From a virus (taxonomy: Duplodnaviria > Caudoviricetes), in the IMG/VR virus record IMGVR_UViG_3300044267_007955, positions 1 through 32,222 of that record: 32,222 nucleotides of DNA. One strand, written 5' to 3'. Shown piece after piece: positions 24,975-32,222 of the stretch. The notes below the pieces were generated by a model. It ran no database searches and was not told the origin of the DNA. It saw only the letters and a program-made list of their open reading frames with translations. The position numbers were made by a program, and so were the translations under genes. Every line of letters begins with the position of its first letter. The first letter of the stretch is position 1.

Positions 24975-25313
24975 ATGAGTGAAGAGCAGGATATCGTTTC
25001 AGTTGAAATAGATTTAGGTGTCAATCGCCGCGAAGAAGTGAACGAAAGTTGGCTTCGTATGTTCGGGGGCGCGATCAAAATGATTCTTAGAGGTATGTTT
25101 GGAGGAGATATTATCCCACCAAATGTTAGAGTCAGGGGCACCGAAACCGAGATAAAATCTTTTGCTGCTGCTTTGCAAAAAGAAAAGAAGTATATTGAAG
25201 CTTATAACAAGTTTGGGCTTAAAGACCCAAGAACATATCGATCAAAATCCACCCTCCAAAATGCCGTATCAAAATTTGAAAGAGCCACAGGAATAAAGTG
25301 GCCTTTCAAATAG
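24975..25313 (+). CDS. Hypothetical protein upstream of tape measure
   Basis: GGAGG RBS, 112 aa, ends GIKWPFK. Confidence 0.75.
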   Translation: MSEEQDIVSVEIDLGVNRREEVNESWLRMFGGAIKMILRGMFGGDIIPPNVRVRGTETEIKSFAAALQKEKKYIEAYNKFGLKDPRTYRSKSTLQNAVSKFERATGIKWPFK

Positions 25314-25330
25314 CAATTGAGGGCTAAAAC

Positions 25331-28243
25331 TTGGCGGAGCAAACACCAGATCAATTAAGACAAATGAATGAGCTTTTGGAAATCCAACGCCAAAAGCTTG
25401 AGCAGATTACAAATCTAAGTGCTGCCGAAGAAGCACGTCTCGATGCAATTGCAAAACTGCAAAAACAAATCACAGATTCACAAGCGGAAGAAAGAACACT
25501 AAGGCAAGAGTCGCTCGATGCCATGAGAGACGCAGCATTACAAGCTGAGAAAGCAAACGATGCTCTCGACGATGAAATCAGCAAGATCGAAAATAAGTAT
25601 AAACGCGGTCAAGACATTTCAGAGCAAGACAAAGAAAAAATAAAAAACCTCGAAAATCAAAAAGTTGCAAATGATGCGATTATTGCTCAAATTCAAGTTG
25701 AGAATGAATTACGCGAGGATAGCGTTCAAGTTGCAGAAGATATACTTGAAACGACTTTGGGAATCTCAAAACAACAACAAGGTGTTGTAGGTCTATTACA
25801 AAAAAGTGCAAATGCAGGAAAAAGCTTTGGTGAATCTTTAGCAGACGTTGGATCTGATTTAGCAGAGGGAATGAGCGGTGTCTTAACACCAGTAAATATG
25901 CTGGCTTCTGTTGCTTCAAAGATAGTTGAAAGCACCGTGAAGATGGTCTTTGAAACCGATAACGCTTTAGCCAACTTCAATCAGATGACCACTGCTGGGG
26001 GTGCACTAAATGAAGTTATATTCTCAGCATCATTGGACACTAGAAAATTTGGCGTTGGAATGGAAGATACTGTTAAGGCAGCAGAAGAATTGTACACATC
26101 CTTCACAGGATTTACAGAATTATCAGATGAAGCGAAGAAAGACACGCTAACGCTAGCCGCTGGTTTACAAAAAGCAGGGGTATCAGCCTCAGAAACAGGA
26201 AAAATATTCGATACTGCGTTGAAAAGTTTTGGTATGAATGCTAGCGAAGCACAAGATTTGTCCAAAGAACTTTTAGTCACCGCTGAAGAACTGCGTGTAC
26301 CAGCAGGACAGCTAGCATCAGACTTTAATAGTGCTATGAGCGAGCTAGCCAAGTATGGTCCCGCAGGTGTTGATGTGTTCAAAGAATTAGCAGCACAAGC
26401 AAAAGATGCCGGTGTGGAAATGAGTACCCTTTTAGGAATCGCTGGTCAATTTGACACAATAGAAGGCGCTGTTACAGCTACTTCTAAATTGAACGCAATA
26501 TTAGGCACCACCATGAACAGTATGGAATTGCTAAACGCGCAAGAAGATGACAGAATTGTTCTTCTAAAGAAGGGGATGGAAGCAAGTGGGCAAACATTCG
26601 ATGCATTGGACCGACATGAAAAGCAAGCCATTGCAGCGTCACTTAGTATGAGTGATTTGAATGAGGTATCTAAACTTTTCAACGCACAAGGCTCTGCCTT
26701 TGACTCCACTGCCGATTCAATGAAGAATGTCACAGGAGCCACCGCAGATTTGGAAAGAACGACAAAACCAGCAGTGTCGATGCAAGAGCAATTGGGCTTG
26801 ATGATGGAAGCCATGGCCGTTGGTGTAATGCCTTTAATAAGATTGTTGAGACCACTTGTTCAATTACTGTTTGGTATTGTTGAAGTTGTTGGGCTTATAC
26901 TAACTCCTGTCGGAATATTATTAGAACTCTTTGTGGATCTAGCAACCGGATTTGCGGATTTTTTAGGGGTTAGTGAGGGACTTGGCATTGTACTAACAGC
27001 GCTCGCTTTTGGCGCAATAGCATACGTGGGCAGTGCTTTTATCGCCCTATCAACACCAATCACTATATCCGGTGCCGCCGCCGCAGCTTCGTCCTTTTCT
27101 TTTGCATCGATGGGAACAGCTTTAATGAGTGTTGCACTACCAGCACTCGCTGTTGTTGCAGCATTAGCAATATTAGGATTAGCCATTTATGCACTTTATG
27201 AATACGGAGAAGAAATAATTGAATTCTTTATGAATGTCGGCTCGATGATAGGGGATGTTTTTGGCAGCATTATTGACGGAGCAATGAATTTAGGGTCAGC
27301 CATGGTAGATGGTATAGTCTCCGGTCTAAGTGACTTGGGTTCAGCCATTGCAGAACCATTTGTGGATGCATGGGATTCAGTGACTGGCTTTTTTGGGTTT
27401 GCATCCCCTGCACAGGTGGCGACTGATTTAGGATATGGTCTTATAGACGGTCTCGGCGGAGCACTCTCTGGACTTTCAGATTTTATGATGGCTCCATTCA
27501 CTTTGGCTTGGGATGCAGTTTCGGGCTTTTTCAGCACTGAGACAGTTGCAGCCATTACGCAACCATTTGTTGAAGCATTTGATATGGTTAGTGATATTGT
27601 TTCTTCGGCAATCGATGGTGTTCTCAATATTATATCAGGCATAAGCGACTTTGTTGTAGAGCTTGGCAGCACCATTGCTTCATTCTTCGGCAACCTTTTT
27701 GCTCCCATCTTGGACTTTCTTTCACCAATAATTGATATCCTTAGACCTTTTTTCAACTTCTTTATAGAAGGTATGAATTTTATTCTAACAGGATTGAACA
27801 GTCTCAGTTTTACAGTGCCTGACTGGGTGCCGGGAATAGGAGGCGAGGAATTTGGCTTCAATTTACCACTGATACCACTACTAGAAGAAGGCGGGGTAAT
27901 CGACGACGATGGAGTGGCTTATTTGCACCAAGGTGAGAAAGTTTTACCAACCGCTGAAGTATCCGCACTAGATGAGGCTACCTCGGCAGCGATGGACTTT
28001 ATGGCTTCACCTTTTGAAATGGTTGGCGGTCTCGTAGGCGGAGCAGCAGACGCTATGTTTGGAACTGATGAACAATTGATCGCAGCAATAAAAGAAAATA
28101 CAGCCGCTATCGCCACTCTCGCAGGTTCTGGTGGTGGTGGAGAAGGCGGAGGCAAAACAATTGTTCTGCAAATGAACGAAAGAGAGTTTGGCAGAGCAGT
28201 AACTAAAACACTTAATGACAGAAACAACCTGTCTTTAGGTTAG
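25331..28243 (+). CDS. Tape measure protein
   Basis: TTG start with GAGG; long Ala/Gly helical protein, N-terminal coiled coil, hydrophobic core, W/F periodic repeats, EGG...LHQGEKVLP C-terminal motif. Confidence 0.88.
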   Translation: MAEQTPDQLRQMNELLEIQRQKLEQITNLSAAEEARLDAIAKLQKQITDSQAEERTLRQESLDAMRDAALQAEKANDALDDEISKIENKYKRGQDISEQDKEKIKNLENQKVANDAIIAQIQVENELREDSVQVAEDILETTLGISKQQQGVVGLLQKSANAGKSFGESLADVGSDLAEGMSGVLTPVNMLASVASKIVESTVKMVFETDNALANFNQMTTAGGALNEVIFSASLDTRKFGVGMEDTVKAAEELYTSFTGFTELSDEAKKDTLTLAAGLQKAGVSASETGKIFDTALKSFGMNASEAQDLSKELLVTAEELRVPAGQLASDFNSAMSELAKYGPAGVDVFKELAAQAKDAGVEMSTLLGIAGQFDTIEGAVTATSKLNAILGTTMNSMELLNAQEDDRIVLLKKGMEASGQTFDALDRHEKQAIAASLSMSDLNEVSKLFNAQGSAFDSTADSMKNVTGATADLERTTKPAVSMQEQLGLMMEAMAVGVMPLIRLLRPLVQLLFGIVEVVGLILTPVGILLELFVDLATGFADFLGVSEGLGIVLTALAFGAIAYVGSAFIALSTPITISGAAAAASSFSFASMGTALMSVALPALAVVAALAILGLAIYALYEYGEEIIEFFMNVGSMIGDVFGSIIDGAMNLGSAMVDGIVSGLSDLGSAIAEPFVDAWDSVTGFFGFASPAQVATDLGYGLIDGLGGALSGLSDFMMAPFTLAWDAVSGFFSTETVAAITQPFVEAFDMVSDIVSSAIDGVLNIISGISDFVVELGSTIASFFGNLFAPILDFLSPIIDILRPFFNFFIEGMNFILTGLNSLSFTVPDWVPGIGGEEFGFNLPLIPLLEEGGVIDDDGVAYLHQGEKVLPTAEVSALDEATSAAMDFMASPFEMVGGLVGGAADAMFGTDEQLIAAIKENTAAIATLAGSGGGGEGGGKTIVLQMNEREFGRAVTKTLNDRNNLSLG

Positions 28244-28253
28244 GAGAGAAAAA

Positions 28254-29072
28254 ATGAGCGCAGAGGCATATGCAAATAAAGGAGATTATTATGTACACAT
28301 CTTAGGTTTACATAGTGGTGTTGATGTGAGGTTCAAAGGCTTCTTAACGAATTTTAGCGATTCATGGGCTACAAAATTCAATTCGGAAGAAGTTTATGGT
28401 AGAATGGACCCAATCATGACCTTCCAAAATACAACAAGAAAACTAACAATAGATTTTGATGTACCATCAAATGATGGTCCAGACGCAACTAACAACCTAG
28501 CAAAGCTCAGTCAACTGGCAGCATCACAATATCCCGGCTTCGCTTCTGCTGCTGGAGGTGCATCAACAATTTCAACGGCACCTCTTCATAAAATCAAATT
28601 TGCTAATTGGGCAACTGCTGGAGGACAAATAGGAGATGTCAGCAGCAATGGACTTGTAGTTGCTATGGAGGGTGTAACATTCGCTCCCAACTTGGATGCT
28701 GGTGTTCTTGAAATTGGTCCAAAGCTAATTCCAAAATTGTTCACCCTTAGTCTTAGTATGACAGTGTTGCACACAGAGCAAGTTGGGTGGAATTTAGGAT
28801 TCTGGATGGGAAATCAAAACTATCCCTATACAGAAAGAGCAGATCCTTTGGCTGGTGGAATGTCTATGGACCCCGGCTATAGCGGCGGATCTGGCATGTC
28901 GATGGAGGACGAAGGCGGCATCGGAATGACAAGTATTGACGCTCCAATGTCAATTTCACCGTCCGAAGAAGAATATCAATCCAACGAGGTATATCAAGAA
29001 TCTGTGGAAGAAGAGATACTTGGACCGGGCATGACTAGCATTGATGCCCCAATGAGTGATTATAACTATTAG
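28254..29072 (+). CDS. Baseplate tail-tube initiator (gp48/gp54-like)
   Basis: FSDSW...VYGRMDPI.TFQNTTRKL.IDF tube-like motif after TMP; low-complexity C-tail. Confidence 0.65.
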   Translation: MSAEAYANKGDYYVHILGLHSGVDVRFKGFLTNFSDSWATKFNSEEVYGRMDPIMTFQNTTRKLTIDFDVPSNDGPDATNNLAKLSQLAASQYPGFASAAGGASTISTAPLHKIKFANWATAGGQIGDVSSNGLVVAMEGVTFAPNLDAGVLEIGPKLIPKLFTLSLSMTVLHTEQVGWNLGFWMGNQNYPYTERADPLAGGMSMDPGYSGGSGMSMEDEGGIGMTSIDAPMSISPSEEEYQSNEVYQESVEEEILGPGMTSIDAPMSDYNY

Positions 29073-29083
29073 AGGATAATAAG

Positions 29084-29422
29084 ATGGCTACAAGATATAG
29101 CGGTAGAAAAATAACAAGAAATCGTAATAAACTTTATAAAAAGTTTTTTGAGGACAGGAATGTAAATTTTATCAGACAATATCGATCTCCAGATCTTGTT
29201 TATCCAACCCCAGAGCAAATAAGGCAACTTACGGTGGTAAATCATGTCTGGACAACTGGTGATAGATATTATAAACTATCTTTTGATTACTATGGCAATG
29301 TCAAGTATTGGTGGGTTATAGCATGGTTCAATAAAAAACCAACTGAGGGGCATCTAAAATTAGGCGATTTGATACTTATTCCTACCCCACTAGATAAGGT
29401 ATTGAATTATTTTAACGTGTGA
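29084..29422 (+). CDS. LysM-like baseplate wedge protein (gp53/GpX-like)
   Basis: GDRYYKLSFDYYGNVKYWWVIAWFN...GDLILIP. Confidence 0.8.
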   Translation: MATRYSGRKITRNRNKLYKKFFEDRNVNFIRQYRSPDLVYPTPEQIRQLTVVNHVWTTGDRYYKLSFDYYGNVKYWWVIAWFNKKPTEGHLKLGDLILIPTPLDKVLNYFNV

Positions 29423-29436
29423 TTTGAGAGGTAAAG

Positions 29437-31962
29437 ATGAGCGGAAAAGACGCAAAAACTTCAGGTAAAACGAGATTCAAAGAGCAATGCTATTTGCTGT
29501 GGAATTGGAGCACCTTTACAAAGGCGAACGCCGCATCAACATACTCCAACATGGCAATTATGGAGGGAGAGCCAAGCGATGTTGTTAATAAGCTAGTTTC
29601 ACAGCCGGGTCTGGATAGGCTTTTTCAATTGAAGCCCTTTGAAAACGCGGCTCTTGTGCCACTTATAAGGCTTTATAAGACCACCTACGGTGATTCAGAA
29701 TCAACAGAAGAAGTAAAATTCAATAATATCATGTCCAATCAAAGTGTTGAAGCCATCATGAGCACAAAGTATGGCAGAGGCGACGGAATTGGTATAAAAA
29801 GCGTGTCATATGACCTGCAAGGTGCCTCTTCCACCGGCGGCGCTGCTCTCGTCAAGAAGGGTGTGACCCAAGTTGATATCACTTTTATGTTTCAAAACTT
29901 GGAAATGTTAGTGCAGAGGGAAGGTAACGGGCCGGCACTGATTGATCTAGTTACCTTTCCCCCCGGTTCCACGACAAAAAAAGCACCTCAATGCGCCGAG
30001 GGATCTCCAATTGATTTCACCAACGTATTTGATGCCGGCAAATTTGCGATAAAATTAGTATACGGGTATGCAACACCAGACAAGAGCGCCATAGATCAAC
30101 AACTAACAGACATCATTGAGAATTCAGCAACTTCTTTGTTGCTACAATTATCAAGACATGAGCTAGACTTTAAGCAGGATGGTACCGTTGAGTTGAAATG
30201 CCAATACATGGGCTATTCTGATTCCATGATGAGCCGTCCCGAAGCTGATATTTTTTATCTAGGTGAAGAAAGAAATGAATACCTAAACAATAAAAAGAAA
30301 GAGATTGACTCTGCTACCGAACAACTCAATGAAGCCAAAAAAGAATTGAAAGACGCGGAGGCAACAAAAGATGATGGCGAAATTGAAATGGCGCAGGATC
30401 AAATCAATAAAATAAAAGATGAAGGAAAAAAATTAGAAAACGAACAAAAAGAAGCTGGAGAAGACAATAAAATATTTGTATATCAGCGACTCCTGCAAGC
30501 TTTGTTTGACTCTGGCAAAATCTTTCTCGTGGACTTGGATGAAGATCAAGTAAGTAGTTTTTTAGAAGAATTAGCAGAACTAAACGGTACCGCCTCCGGC
30601 GATGACAAATCGGTAGAAGAAGAAAAAGGCTTTATTGATGAAGCCGCTGAATTTATAGACAGTGCGGCTGACGCTGTTGTTGATGCGGTTGGCGGTGCTA
30701 TTGATGCGGTTGCAGACTTTTTTGGTGACGAGGAGGAGGAGGCAAAGCAGGGAGGTGGAGCAACTGTAACTGATCCACAAAAGGCAGATGTATCAGATCT
30801 CCAGTCCGAAGTCAAGGATGCTGATGATGTAGCTGCATTGCAAGAGAGTTTGGGTGAAAATTCATCCACTGCGCCAAAAGACGCCGACAAGGTGAGACTC
30901 AATTACATATACTATGGCGACCTTTTAGACATAGTGTTTGGGATATTGAAAAAAAATCCAGAGGCAGACACCATAAAACCAATGCTAGGTCCAATTGCCT
31001 TCAATGATCCCAAATCCGGGCAAAGTATTATTGCGAACTTAGCAGATGTTCCAATATCTCTAAATAAATTTCTAGAGTGGTTTAATAAAAATGTTGTAGC
31101 TCAAGGTAAGCAAGAGTACATTTTAGAAAACTTTCTTAGAGACACTATCAAAGATTTGATTCATGCTGCTCTTGGAGAGGGTTGCTTCCCCGGCACTGGC
31201 TATCCTGCACCGGAACCTAGCGTCACAGTTAGCTCAATCCCTGTCGCCAAAAGTGGCGACAGTGGCAGCAAAATACCAATGGGAAGCCGGCTCAACATAG
31301 ATCAAGTGCAAACCTCTGCTCCAACAAGCTATAAGGATGCCAACAAACTGGATCAATACGTGTACGTCTACGCTTATACTTTCGGATTGTCCAATCTGAA
31401 TGGTGACAGGGAAGCAGACCACCAAAGGGGTATATACCACCTACAAGTTGGTGCAGACAGGGGTCTAGTGAAAAAAATCGGATTCAGTAGAATAGACGAT
31501 CCTCACCTAGCTGCATCCCGAGCTTTATCTGTTAAGTGTGATTTGAGACACTTGAGAGAAAACTACAAAGCCAAGGTCGATATGATAGGCAACTCTTTGT
31601 TTAAGCCGGGACAAACTATTTATATAAACCCAACACTTGCAGGTGGAGCAGACCCTCAACTAACCCAAACAGTGGCAGACGCTCTTGGGCTTGGTGGTTA
31701 CTATGTGATAACAAAAGTTGGTGGCGAACTGAGTAACGGTGGATTCAATACAAGTATTGAAGCGATTTGGGAATCAGGCAGACAGAGTAAAAACGCTGGA
31801 TCACTGCCTGTGTCATCAAATTCCCCGTCTCAAGGTGGCTTCGGTGGGACTGGTGATGGGCAACAAGGAGCAGGAAACCCAATGGAATCTAGTGTGGATG
31901 CAACACCAGCAGGTCCCGGCATGACAAGTATTGATGCTCCAATGAGTGATTATAATTTATAG
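29437..31962 (+). CDS. Baseplate hub protein (gp27/late control D-like) with insertions
   Basis: C-terminal MIGNSLFKPGQTIYIN...GGYYVITKV...F.TSI.A motif; follows LysM-like gene. Confidence 0.65.
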   Translation: MSGKDAKTSGKTRFKEQCYLLWNWSTFTKANAASTYSNMAIMEGEPSDVVNKLVSQPGLDRLFQLKPFENAALVPLIRLYKTTYGDSESTEEVKFNNIMSNQSVEAIMSTKYGRGDGIGIKSVSYDLQGASSTGGAALVKKGVTQVDITFMFQNLEMLVQREGNGPALIDLVTFPPGSTTKKAPQCAEGSPIDFTNVFDAGKFAIKLVYGYATPDKSAIDQQLTDIIENSATSLLLQLSRHELDFKQDGTVELKCQYMGYSDSMMSRPEADIFYLGEERNEYLNNKKKEIDSATEQLNEAKKELKDAEATKDDGEIEMAQDQINKIKDEGKKLENEQKEAGEDNKIFVYQRLLQALFDSGKIFLVDLDEDQVSSFLEELAELNGTASGDDKSVEEEKGFIDEAAEFIDSAADAVVDAVGGAIDAVADFFGDEEEEAKQGGGATVTDPQKADVSDLQSEVKDADDVAALQESLGENSSTAPKDADKVRLNYIYYGDLLDIVFGILKKNPEADTIKPMLGPIAFNDPKSGQSIIANLADVPISLNKFLEWFNKNVVAQGKQEYILENFLRDTIKDLIHAALGEGCFPGTGYPAPEPSVTVSSIPVAKSGDSGSKIPMGSRLNIDQVQTSAPTSYKDANKLDQYVYVYAYTFGLSNLNGDREADHQRGIYHLQVGADRGLVKKIGFSRIDDPHLAASRALSVKCDLRHLRENYKAKVDMIGNSLFKPGQTIYINPTLAGGADPQLTQTVADALGLGGYYVITKVGGELSNGGFNTSIEAIWESGRQSKNAGSLPVSSNSPSQGGFGGTGDGQQGAGNPMESSVDATPAGPGMTSIDAPMSDYNL

Positions 31963-31975
31963 GTGGATAACATAA

Positions 31976-32222
31976 ATGAAAAAAAATAGAAAACCATCCT
32001 TAGCTAAAGCCTTTTCCGCCCAAGGCAGAAATGGCATGAACGCCTATTCTTATTATAAATTTAGAAAGTTTTACAAGGACATGTCATATCCCGACCTTCA
32101 GCCTGATTATGGAGTGCACGGAGGGGGTTTCAACGAAGAACCAGAACCAATAGATTTTTGGTATGATAAACCTTTTTTTGGCAAATACGATTTAGATGGA
32201 AATGCAATGTATTTGTCAGATC
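31976..32222 (+). CDS. Hypothetical protein, 5' part (runs off window)
   Basis: AGGTGG RBS, open frame MKKIRKPSLAKAF...IDFWYDKPFFGKYDLDGNAMYLSD. Confidence 0.7.
   Translation, partial: MKKNRKPSLAKAFSAQGRNGMNAYSYYKFRKFYKDMSYPDLQPDYGVHGGGFNEEPEPIDFWYDKPFFGKYDLDGNAMYLSD

Larger units (their letters stand above)
28923..31962 (+). repeat. Dispersed peptide repeat GMTSIDAPMS (28923-28952, 29022-29072, 31912-31962)
   Basis: Three copies in two genes; two are C-terminal GPGMTSIDAPMSDYN[Y/L]*. Confidence 0.95.

Noticed and set aside
25351-28227. Chain of long minus-strand ORFs (up to 221 aa) opposite the tape measure gene
   Set aside because: Codon-mirror shadows of an Ala/Gly-rich gene; no RBS or recognisable motifs
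29022-31962. Repeat pair as DGR template/variable repeats or att sites
   Set aside because: Differences are synonymous rather than adenine-specific, both copies are coding, and no reverse transcriptase or integrase is in the window
1-32222. tRNA/rRNA genes or contractile injection system (eCIS) interpretation
   Set aside because: Intergenic gaps are short with no cloverleaf seen; terminase, portal and capsid show this is a true phage

Overview
A 32 kb, all plus-strand, gene-dense virion morphogenesis module of a large T4-like (myovirus) phage using the standard genetic code. Gene order: putative lysis/membrane genes interrupted by three accessory genes, an S74-chaperone fibre protein, terminase large subunit, portal, prohead protease, a phage-encoded ribosomal protein bS21, scaffold, major capsid, neck/tail terminator, sheath, tube, a probable frameshifted tail assembly chaperone, tape measure and baseplate genes. 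The most notable signals are short peptide 'address tags' reused on otherwise unrelated proteins: N-terminal MKEILTEWRKF and MKITK..L..LI.EE leaders, a scaffold-like C-terminal RxKxLAGI, and a C-terminal GPGMTSIDAPMSDYN on two baseplate proteins. There is also a non-T4 late-promoter-like motif CTAWTTAYA and an unannotated 16-aa CC peptide in front of the protease. All product calls rest on motif recognition and synteny; no database searches were run.
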